Part shown: one piece after another, positions 1-10,700 of the stretch
How positions within the stretch are numbered: position 1 is the first letter of the stretch
Layout: every line of letters starts with the position of its first letter
NCBI GenBank assembly: GCA_964525755.1
Contig: CAZGIK010000004.1
Span: forward strand, 16,170 to 80,169
Length of the DNA stretch: 64,000 bases
Direction of reading: 5' to 3'
From: an uncultured Verrucomicrobiota bacterium
GTDB taxonomy: Bacteria; Verrucomicrobiota; Verrucomicrobiia; Limisphaerales; UBA9464
Translations under genes and position numbers: made by a program
The notes under the pieces: model-generated
The model's database searches: none
What the model was told of the DNA's origin: nothing
The model's input: the letters and a program-made list of their open reading frames with translations, nothing else

Positions 1-452
1 CCGACGGCTCCCTCGAACAGGTTGCACTCGATCGCCGCCATGAAGGCGCCTCCGCCGTCGTGGCTGTTGCCGTCGGGTCCCCGGGCATGGAGGAAGATCC
101 CCGAGTCCCGGGCCCGCCCCACCCGGTCGTTCCAGCTCCAGTTCCAATCCCCCCATCGGAACTCCACCACGAGGTGGTAGTTCCGGTGGCTGCCGGTCGT
201 TCCGAGATACCCGAGGCCGTCTCCGCTGATCCGAAGCCATCCGTTGGTCACGGTGAAGACGTTCCTCGGATCGGCGCCACCGGTGTCCACCAGCCATGGG
301 CGCCAGCCGTCGAGGTCCCGTCCATTGAAGAGCCGGACCGTCCCCGGCCCGGGAACCCCGGCCGGATCGTCCGCCTGCAGCGTGCCCGCGGCGAGAAGGA
401 CTCCGAGGATCGCCGACCGGACACCCTGCCACCTTCCGCACATCGGGCCCAT
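1..452 (-). CDS. DUF1080 (3-keto-disaccharide hydrolase-like) domain protein, N-terminal ~150 aa; C-terminus lies beyond the window start
   Basis: Own translation of the minus strand from ATG (cat at 450-452): MGPMCGRWQGVRSAILGVLLAAGTLQADDP..VRLFNGRDLDGWRPW..FTVTNGWLRISG..NYHLVVEFRW. Signal peptide plus FNGxxLxGW and F-V-xxG-x-L motifs typical of DUF1080. Not in the ORF track because it is open at the edge. Confidence 0.7.
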   Translation of the reverse strand, partial: MGPMCGRWQGVRSAILGVLLAAGTLQADDPAGVPGPGTVRLFNGRDLDGWRPWLVDTGGADPRNVFTVTNGWLRISGDGLGYLGTTGSHRNYHLVVEFRWGDWNWSWNDRVGRARDSGIFLHARGPDGNSHDGGGAFMAAIECNLFEGAV

Positions 453-513
453 GCCCGGAGCACACCGCGTCGGCCGGCCGGGAACAAGCATTGTCAGCGC
501 GTGGCGGCCTGAC

Positions 514-1626
514 ATGGTCCGGCTTCCGACACCGCAACGTGACCGCACCGTGCCCGTGAACCTCGATGAACTCGGATGGGATCCCGGCTGGCAGGCCGCC
601 TGGGATTCCCGGGGCTGTGCCGGGGCCGTCCCGGCCCGGGTGGTGGCCGAGAACCGCCACGCCTGCACCGTGGTGGGGGCGTCGGGCGACTTTCCGGCCA
701 CCGTCCCCGGCCGGCTCCTCCACCGCGCCGCCTCCCCGGCCGACCTGCCCAAGGTGGGCGACTGGGTGGCGGTGGCACCGATGCCCGGGGAAGACAAGGG
801 GGTGGTTGAGGCGGTGCTTCCGCGGCGCACGGTCCTCCGACGCAAGGTCAGCGGCCGCACCTCCGAGGTGCAGGTGCTGGCGGCGAACGTCGACATCGCC
901 CTGGTCCTCCAGGCCCTCGACCAGACCCTCAATGCGCGCCGCCTGGAGCGGTTCCTGGTGATGGTCAACGAGGGCGGGGTGGAGCCGGTGGTGGTCCTGA
1001 ACAAGGCCGACCTTTGTCCCGATCCCGCCACGGTGGCCGCGCAGCTCCGGGCATCCTGCGGCGGCCGGGAGCCGGTGGTGGTCAGCGCCCGGACCGGACG
1101 CGGGGTTCCCCAGTTGCTGCGCCGGCTGCCCCGGGCGTCCACCGTCGTGCTCCTCGGCACCTCCGGCGTGGGCAAGTCGAGCCTCCTCAACCGGTTCGCC
1201 GGCGAGCGCCTTCAGGAGACCCTTCCGGTGCGCGACGCGGACGCCAAGGGCCGGCACACCACCACGTGGCGCGAACTGGTGCCCCTGCCCGGCGGTGCCC
1301 TGATGATCGACAGCCCCGGCGTGAGGGAGTTCCACCTGTGGAGCGCCGACGACGGCCTGGACCAGGCGTTCCCGGAGATCACCGCCCTGGCGGAGGGCTG
1401 TCGTTTCCGAGACTGCCGCCACGAGGCGGAGGCGGGGTGCGCGGTCCGCGAGGCGGCCGAGGCCGGGCGTCTCGATCCCGCCCGCCACGCCGCCTTCCGC
1501 AAGCTCCAGGCCGAACTGGCCTCGGTGACCACCCGCGCCCGGGAACGGGCCCGTCATCGGCCGTCCACCGAACGCCGCCCCGGGCGTCGGGATCCCCTCC
1601 CCGACGACGGCGACGAGGAAGGCTGA
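514..1626 (+). CDS. rsgA: Ribosome small-subunit biogenesis GTPase RsgA/YjeQ
   Basis: Circularly permuted GTPase motifs NKADL .. LLGTSGVGKSSLLN .. DSPG, and a C-terminal Zn knuckle CRFRDCRHEAEAGC. Start moved to the in-frame ATG at 514; the upstream 90 codons of track ORF 244..1626 are Pro/Arg-rich filler. Confidence 0.85.
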   Translation: MVRLPTPQRDRTVPVNLDELGWDPGWQAAWDSRGCAGAVPARVVAENRHACTVVGASGDFPATVPGRLLHRAASPADLPKVGDWVAVAPMPGEDKGVVEAVLPRRTVLRRKVSGRTSEVQVLAANVDIALVLQALDQTLNARRLERFLVMVNEGGVEPVVVLNKADLCPDPATVAAQLRASCGGREPVVVSARTGRGVPQLLRRLPRASTVVLLGTSGVGKSSLLNRFAGERLQETLPVRDADAKGRHTTTWRELVPLPGGALMIDSPGVREFHLWSADDGLDQAFPEITALAEGCRFRDCRHEAEAGCAVREAAEAGRLDPARHAAFRKLQAELASVTTRARERARHRPSTERRPGRRDPLPDDGDEEG

Positions 1627-1776
1627 GCCGGAACGATGCCAGCGGATCCGCCGGGCCGGGTCCCCGGCGATCACGACGCCAATTCCCGTGTAGCCTCTGC
1701 GGCGCCCTTGGGGTAAACGAGGCACATCCCCCGGGGCGGAGTGTCCGACCACGGGGAAAAGGATTCTCTCCCTCCC

Positions 1777-4700
1777 ATGATCGCCTCCCTCCTTCGGGTC
1801 CTCCTCGGAAAGGTCGTTCCCGGACTGCTGGTCATTGCGTCCCTCCGGGCCGAACTGCCTCCGGCAACCATCTCCTGGACCGGGAGTGCCGACGGGAACT
1901 GGAACAATCCTTCGAACTGGGACCCTGCCCGCGTGCCGCTGGCCACGGACCATGTCTCGGTACCGGCCACCGCCGGGGAAGGCTTGACCGTCAATGTATC
2001 GCCCTCGGTCGCCAGTCTGCGGATCGGGACCGCCCGGGTGATCCTCCCGGCCGGCCGGACCCTGGCCACATCCGAAGGTTCCGAGGTGGCAGCAGCCGGC
2101 ACGCTGGAGGTCCACGGCGCCCTCGCGGGCGCCCCGGTCGCGGTGGCCGGCCGGATGGTCTGGAATGCCGGCCGGATCTGGACCGGGATACGGGTCCTGT
2201 CGGGTGGAACGCTGGAACTGGCGACCGACGCCGACAAGCAGTTGAGCTCCAATACCGCGGCGACGCCGGCGTACATCGACAATGCCGGCACTCTACGCCG
2301 CCTCGAGGGGCGGATCCTCGCGTGGGACAGCGCCCAGGTGACCAACCGTGGGACACTGCGGATCGATGGGGGAGGCACGGTTTTCGCCTACTGCTGCGGG
2401 GGCGGCGCCGCCCGTCTGGAAAACACCGGAACGGTGGTCGTCAACGGACCGGTCGAGGGTACGGGCCTGGGCGATGTCCACCTGGACCAGCGCGGGACGG
2501 TCGAGGTGCCGGCCGGGGTGCTGGTGCTGGCCTCGTCGAGCGACTGGGCCGACGACACGCGGGTGACCGGCCCGGGAACCGTCCGGTTCGCCGCCAGCAC
2601 AGCGACCTTCGGCGGCCGGGTCACCGCCGGCGGCCCGATCGTGCTCGACGGGGCCGCCTGGACCGGCGCCCTGCGGGTGGTCGGACCGGTGCCGGTGGTG
2701 GCCGTGGGGGGCCGGGTCTACGGCGCCCTGACCGTCTCCGAGGAATCCACCCTGCGGATCCAGGGGGCCGGGCTGAATCTCTCGTCAAACAGCTCGGCCA
2801 CTCCCGCCACCCTCACCAACCATGGAACCCTCCGCTGGGAAGGCGGCCGGATCCTTGCCTGGGACAGCTCGATCCTCGTCAACACCGGGACCATCGACCT
2901 GGCAACCGACGGCCCGTTCATCCAGTACTGCTGCGGGGGCGGCGAGTCGCGCCTCGAGAACCTCGGGACGATCCGGAAGACCGCCGGCGAGGGGGATGCC
3001 CAACTCGGCGACACGATCCTGACCCAAGGCGGGGCGATCGGCGCCGAGTCCGGCCGCCTTCTCATCACCCGGGCCAGCCTCTGGAGCGACGGGACGAGGA
3101 TCACCGGCGACGGGATCGTCCTCCCGGGCGACTTCCATCAGTTCACCGGCACCGTCACCCTGGATGGGCCCCTTCTCCTGGCCGGGGGAAACCTCCACGG
3201 GACCGGGTCCCTGACCGGGTCCCATCCGATGACCTGGGCGACCGGCCGGCTTTACGGCGAGCTCACCATCGGCTCGGGCACCCTCCTCCGGATCATCCCC
3301 GGGGACGGGTTCTACCATTATCTTTCCTCCAACAACGCCAACACACCGGCCCGCCTGATCAACCGCGGGACGGTCCGATGGGAGGGCATCCAGCTGGTCG
3401 CCTGGGACAGCAGCGTCATCCGCAACGAGGGCCGATGGGAACTGGCGGCGGACGGAGCGGCCTGGGACTACTGCTGCGGAGGCGGACCGGGGACCTTTGA
3501 GAACATCGGGACGCTCGTGAAGGTGGCCGGCGACGGGACCACGGCCCTCAACACCCTCCACATCGACAACTCGGGGACGGTGCGCGTCGACACGGGGACG
3601 GTTTCCGCCAACTACCATTCCGTCTGGCGGGACGGGTCACGGATCGAGGGCGCGGGACGCGTGCGATTCGCCAGTGGCGATTCGACGCTGGAGGGGCGTC
3701 TGGTGGTGACCGGAACCGCCGAACTGGCCGGGGCCAACATCCGCGGCACCGGACGATTGGCCGGGCCCGGACGGATCGAGTGGACCGCCTCACGGCTCTG
3801 GGAGCAGCTGACCATCGACGCCGGCGCCCGACTGGTGGTCGTCGGCGAAGGGATCCACTACCTGTCCTCGAACAACGCCAACCAGCCGGCCATCCTCACC
3901 AATCTCGGCGTGCTCTCCTGGCAGGGGCCGGCCCCCATCACGGCGTGGGACAGCAGCCGGATCGTCAACCGCGGGGAGATGCGCCTCGAGGCCGACGGGG
4001 TCGCGGTCCAGTACTGCTGCGGCGGCGGATGGTCGACCCTGCTCAACGAGGGCGTCCTCACCAAGGTGGGCACCCCGGGAACGACCTCCCTGCTCGAGAC
4101 CTTCCTCGACCAGCGGGGCACGATCACGGTGGCGGCGGGCTCGCTCGACATCCTTCGCGACGCCCGCTGGAGCGCCCAACCGGTGGTCCGCGGCGCCGGA
4201 CGACTGCGCCTGGTCGGGGGCACCCAGGAGTTCGTCGACCCGGTCCGAGTCGAGGGCACCCTCGAACTCGCCGGGGCGGCCCTGGTCGGGAACGCCGTCC
4301 TCGGCGGACCGGGGATCACCGAATGGTCGGCCGGCCGGCTCTACAACGGGCTCACCGTCGCGCCGGACGGGCGCCTCCACCTGACCGGAAGCCTGCAGAT
4401 GTCCTCCAACAACTCGGCAACCCCGGCCACGTTGACCAACCACGGGATGGTCCGCTGGACCGGGGGGACCATCACCGCCTGGGACCAGTCCCGGATCGCC
4501 AATCCCGGCACCTGGGACCTCGCCACCACCGGGACCGCATTCAGCTACTGCTGCGGGGGCGGCTTCGCGAACTTCATCAACACCGGCACCGTCCGTCTCG
4601 ACGTCGACGGCGCCACGGCCGTTTTCTCATCCATCGGCTTCATCAACCGGGGGAGGCTGGAACTCGAGGCCGGAGCCCTGCAGGTCACCCCCTCGCTTAC

Positions 4701-7700
4701 CTTCGAGCCCGAGGGAACCCTGGCCATCGGGGTGGACGGACCGCCCGAAGCCCCCTCCCACGGCCGGGTGCTGCTCCAGAGCACCGCCACCCTCGGGGGG
4801 CGGTTCGAGTTGAACCCCGCCGACGGATTCGAGCCGGCGCCCGACACCGCGCTGCGAATCCTGACCACCGGCGTCCGCCAGGGCGCCTTCAGTCCGGAAA
4901 TCCTGCCCGACGCCCCCGAGACCCGCGCCTGGTCCCTCGGGTACGGCAGCGGACACGTCGACGCCTTCCTCACCGACCCGTGCTTCGCCGGCGGCCTCAT
5001 CGCCTGGTACGCCGGTGAGGGCAGCGCCGCCGATCTCGCCGGGGCGAATCCCGGCACCCTGTTCGGCGGCGCCGGCTTCGCCGAGGGCTACATCGGGCAG
5101 GCCTTCGCCCTGGACGGCATCGACGACCATGTCCGCCTGGGCAACTGGACTCCCGGACCCGCCTGGACGGTCGAGGCATGGGTGAACACCAGCAACACCC
5201 CGGCGGGGCGCCGTACGATCGTCGGCGGGGTCGACGCCTGTCGCGACTGGGGACTCATGATGGTCGACGGACATTGGACCGTCCCCTTCCGCCCGCCCGG
5301 GGAATGTTCCGGAGGTATCCTGTCGGTCGACCCGGCTGAGCCGGGCCGGTGGTACCATGTGGCCGGCACGTTCGACGGGACCACGGTGCGGCTGTATGTC
5401 GATGGAATCCTCCAGGGTGAGGCGGTGGCCGAACCCCACTACGCCCCCACGCCAAACGGCACCTGGATCGGCGGCTCCGTGTGCTGCGGGGAATACTTTT
5501 CCGGTCGCATCGACGAGGTCGGGGTCCACGACCGGGCCCTACCCCCGGAACGCATCCTCGCCCTCGTGGAAAACGGCGTCCGCGGCCGCTGCGCCGGCGT
5601 GGGCCTCTACGCCATCCAGTTCTCGCCCACCGGGCCCATCCGCACGCCGGTCGACCAGCTCGCCATCCGGTTCAACCAGCCGATCAACCCCGCCACCTTC
5701 ACCGCCGACGACGTGCGGGTCACCACGCCGTCGGGTCCGCTGCCGGCCGGCTCCGTCTCCATCCTGTCCGCCGAACCGGCCGACGGCCGGGCCTTCCGGA
5801 TCACCCTGCCGGCCCAGTCGGCCGAGGGGGCCTATCAGGTCGAGATCGGTCCGGACATCGCCGACCTCGCCGGCGGCACGATGACCGGGGACCATCCCTT
5901 CCGGGCGGCGTTCACCATCGACCGGACCAGCCCCCGGGTGGTCGGCTTCACACCGGTCTCGCCGGCGGTGGAACGGGTGGAGTCGCTCGCGTTCACCCTG
6001 GACGAACCTCTCGACCCCGCCAGCGTCACCGCGGCCGACCTCACCCTGACCGGGCCGTCGAACCCCGGCGTCCGACAGGTGGTGACGGAGGCCGACGGGA
6101 CGCGGTTCCGTTTCCAACTCCACGCCGCGCTCGCCGCCGGCACCTACACGGTGCGGTTCGGCCCGGACGTCCGCGACCCGGCCGGCAACCCGCTGGACAC
6201 GGACGGCGACGGCACCCCGGGCGAGGCCGGTGAGGACGCCTACGAGGCCACGTTGGAAGTGCGTTCGTCCGATGTGGCCCTGCTCTCGCTGACCGTTCCC
6301 GCCGGGGCGCTCATGGGCCAAGGCATCCCCGTGGTCGTCGCCCTCACCAACCGCGGCACCGCGTCGGCCACGGGCCCGTGGGCCAACCAGATCCGACTCG
6401 CCACCGACGGCTCGGGGACCGGCGCACAAACCATCGGCACCTTCACCTTCAACGGGACGATTCCCCCCGGCGGCGGACTGGTCCTGACCCAGACCGTGAT
6501 CCTGCCCTCCGGGGTGATCGGCGCCCGGCATGTCGGCGTGGTGCTCGACGTGGGCGGCCGCCTGGTCGAGGAGGATCGGGACAACAATGCCGGCTACGCC
6601 CAGGTGCCCATCGCCATCAGCGCCGCCGACCTCGTCATCGACTCGCTCACGGCCGACCCGTCTGCCGTCCTCGGCGCGCCCCTTGCCATCCGGTGGGAGG
6701 TCCGCAATGCGGGCAGTTCAGCGACCGTCGCCGCCGGGGTGGACCGGGTCTACCTGGCGCCCTCGACCAACACCCTCGCCGGCGCGGTCCTCCTGGCGAC
6801 CGTTCCCGGCGAGGTCCTCGGGGCCGGCGGCACCTACCAGCGGGAGATCGCCCCGGTGCTTCCGCTCGGGGTGGGACTGCCTCCGGGCGGCTACCACGTG
6901 CGGGTCGACACCGACGCCGCCAACGCCCAGGCCGAGTCCCGCGAGGACAACAATCGGGGCACCGCCCCGGTTGCGGTGACCCTGCCCCCCCTCCCCGACC
7001 TCGCCCTGGCCGAGCTTGATCCGCCGGGATTCGTCGCCCCCGGCGCCGAGGCCACCCTGCGGTGGACCGTCACCAACCGCGGCGCCCTTGCCGCCCCCGG
7101 GCCGTGGAGCGAGGCGGTCGCGCTGGTGGATGTCACCGGGCAACGGATTCCCCTGGGCGAGTTCCGATGGACCAACGCCCTCGCCCCCGGGGAATGGCAG
7201 GTCCGCACCCAGGCGCTCACCCTCCCCGTCAGCCTCCCGGCCGGCGACCTCCACCTCGAGGTGGGCGTCGACCACCGCGCCGAGGTGGTGGAGTCGGACG
7301 AAACCAACAACCTCGTCCGCTCCGACTCCCCGACCACCGTCCCCAACGTCCTCGGGCTGTCGTTCAACGTCGCCGAACTGGCCGAGGGCGGCCCGACGGC
7401 CGTCGGCACCATCACCCGCAACGGCGACCGCAGTGTCCCCCTGCTCGTCCAGCTGGCCGTCACCCCGCCGGGCGAACTGGAGGTTCCGCCTGAGATCACC
7501 ATCCCCGTCGGCGCTGCGGCGGTCACCTTCCCCGCCGCCGGCGCGGTCGATGGTCTGCCCGATGCCGACGCCCTCGTGCGGGTCGAGGTGATGGCGGACG
7601 AGCATGCCTCCGGGTTTGCCGCGATCCGGGTGGTGAACGTCGACCGCCCCGCTCTCCAGATCACCGTGACCACCAACCGGGTGCGCGAGGGCCTGACCCT

Positions 7701-10700
7701 CGCCGCCACCCTCGCCCATGACGGGCCCACGAACACCGCGGTGGTGGCGTTCCTGTCGTCCGATCCCCCCGGCCGCCTGCTCCTGCCGGGCACGGTCGAG
7801 ATCCCCGTCGGGTCCGACCGGGTGGTCCACACCTGGATCGCCCCCGACAACACCGCCCTCGAGCCCGACCTTCCGGTCACCGTCACCGCCGTCGCACCCG
7901 GATTCCAGCTGGCGACGCGCGAGATCGTGGTGATCGACGACGACCTCCTCGCGCTCTCCGTCGACGCGACCCTCGACCGGATCAGCGAAGCCGCCGGGGC
8001 CCAGGCCACGGCCGTGACCGTGCGCCGGCCGGTGGCGACGCCGGTCGCGTTGACGGTGGACCTGATTCCCACCAGTCCCGGCATCCTGCTGCTTCCCGCC
8101 TTCGCCACCATTCCCGCCGGCCAGGCGGAGATCTCGTTCCCGGTCGGCGTGGTCGACGACGCCCTGGTGAACGGCGAGCGGTCGGTGACGGTCCGGGTGT
8201 TCGTGCGGGCCACCGGCACGTTGGAACACGTGGCCGAGGCGCCGTCCCTCGGGTTGACCGTCGTCGACGACGACGGCCCCGCCCTGCGGCTCACCCTGGA
8301 CCGGGAGGTGTCGGCCGAGGGCCTCGCGACGGCCGCCATCGGCACGGTGCGGCGCAACACCGCCCCCACCGCGCCGCTGACCGTCCAGCTCGCCTCCGAC
8401 AACCCGGCCGAGGCCACTGTGCCGGCCAGCGTGGTCATCCCGGCCGGCGCGGAATCGGCCACCTTCCCCGTGACGACCGTCGCCGACGGGGTGTCCGACG
8501 GCACCCGCGCCGTCCTCGTGTCGGCGGGCGCACCCGGGTTCGCATCGGGCACCGCCCGCCTGCTGGTGACCGACACCGACCAGCCCGACCTCGTCATCAG
8601 CCGGCTGACCGCGCCTTCATCGGCCGAGGCCGACGGCCTGGTCGACGTGGGCTATCGGGTCCGGAACGAGGGTCTCGCGACCGCGCGCGGGCCGTTTGTC
8701 ACCCGGGTGTTCGTCAGCACCGACGCGGTGGTCGGGGGCGACACGTTGCTCGGCCAGTACACCTTCGAGGGCGAGCTGCCGCCGGGGCAGTTCCTGGAAC
8801 AGGCCGCACGGTTCCGGATGCCCCGCACCACCGGGCCGCACTGGTTCGTGGTGGTGACCGATGCCGGCGGCGCGGTGGAGGAGTTGCGGGAGGACAACAA
8901 CAGCCGGATCACCGCCACCCCCACCGAATCCCTTGCCGGGTACACCGCCACGGTGGCCACGGAGCTCGAGGCCGCCCCGGCGGGCACCCCGGTTCCGCTG
9001 GCCGGACGGGCGGTTCGGCGCGGGAGCGACACCCCGGCGGCCGGCGTGCCGGTGCAGGTGCAGGTGATGATCCGCGGCACCCGCCGGGTCCTGTCGGCCG
9101 TCACCGACACCGCCGGCGAGTTCGCCGTGACGTTCCAGCCGCTGCCCAACGAGGCGGGACGCTACCAGGTGGGCGCCGCCCATCCCGGCGAGGCGGCCGT
9201 CCCCGTGCAGGACGCCTTCACCCTGCTCGGGTTCGCCGCCCGACCCGACCCGGCCCGGCTCGCCCTGACCGAGGGCTCCCCGGCCTCGACGGTCATCGAG
9301 CTGGTCAACCTCGGCGACCTTCCCCTGTCCGGCCTCGCCACGACCGTGCTCGACGCGGTGGGGAACCTCGACGTCGAGGCCGTCCTGGAGGCCGACGCGG
9401 TGGCCGCCGGCGGCACCAACCGGCTCACCGTCACCGTGTCGGCCCGGGACCTGACGTACACCTTCGGCCGGTTCGGCGTCCGGGTGGATTCCGCCGAGGG
9501 GGCCTCGATCATCGTTCCGGTCGACTTCACCATCGAGGCCCTCCGCGCCCGGCTGGTCGCCGGGCCGGGCCGACTCCTGGCCGGGGCCACCCGGGGACGT
9601 CAGACGGCGGTGGAGTTCGACGTGGTCAACGCCGGCGGCGATGCCAGCGGCGCCCTTTCGGTCTCCCTCCCCGAGGTGCCCTGGCTGGCCCTGGCCTCCG
9701 CCAATCCCCTGCCCGACCTGCCACCGGGCGCCACCAACCGGGTGACCCTGCTCCTCACCCCGCCGGCCGACGTTCCCCTCGGCCCCTATGCGGGCGCCCT
9801 CGTGCTCAACGGGGCGGAGACGTCCCTGGGCGTGCCGTTCGAGTTCCGGGTGGTGTCCGACGCCAAGGGAGCCCTGCTGGTCCGGGCCGAGGACGAGTTC
9901 ACCTACTACGCCACCGGCAATCCCCCGGTGACCAACGCCGCCGTGGTGGTCCGCGACACCGTCAGCCGCCAGGTGGTGACCAACGGGGTGACCGGTGCCG
10001 ACGGCACGTTCTTCGCCGACGGCCTGTTCGAGGGCTACTACGACATCGAGGTCTCGGCGCCCAAGCGCACCACCGACCGGCCGACCCGGCTGCTCGTCGC
10101 CGGGCAGACCAACCGCGTCAACGCCTTCCTGTCCCGGCAGACCGTCGAGTACGTCTGGACGGTGGTCCCCACCGAAATTGAGGACCGGACCCGGATCGTC
10201 ATCGAAACGACCTTCGAGACGGTGGTGCCTGTGCCGGTGGTCACCGTCACGCCGACGGTCATCGATCTGGCGGAGATGGTCGGGGACGAGATGCAGGTGG
10301 ACATCGCCATCTCCAACCACGGCCTGATCGCCGCGCAGGCCATGAGCATCGAGTTCGATTCCCATCCCGACTTCACCTTCACCCCGCTGGTCGGGGACAT
10401 CGGCACCCTGCCGGCCAACAGCTCGATCGTGGTCCCGTTGGTGATCCGGAGGACCGCCCCGTCCCTCCGGGCCGCCCTCGCGGCGGGCGGACGCGCCGGA
10501 CTGGCGGCCGGCACCGGTCCCTGCTGGGGCTCGGGCCGGGTCCGTCACAAGCTGAAGTGCGGCGAGCGCGACAGCGAGTACGCCACCGGCATCGGCGTCC
10601 GGAACGCCGGCAACTGCGGCAGCACCGCCGGCATCCGCAACCCGGGCTGGGGTTGGGGCGGTGGCGGCGGGGGTGGTGGTGGCGGCGGCGGCGGGGGCGG

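Noticed and set aside
244-513. 90-codon N-terminal extension of rsgA in the track ORF
   Set aside because: It is a Pro/Arg/Ser-rich segment with no RsgA homology and overlaps the divergent DUF1080 gene start (452). The ATG at 514 gives a normal-length RsgA.
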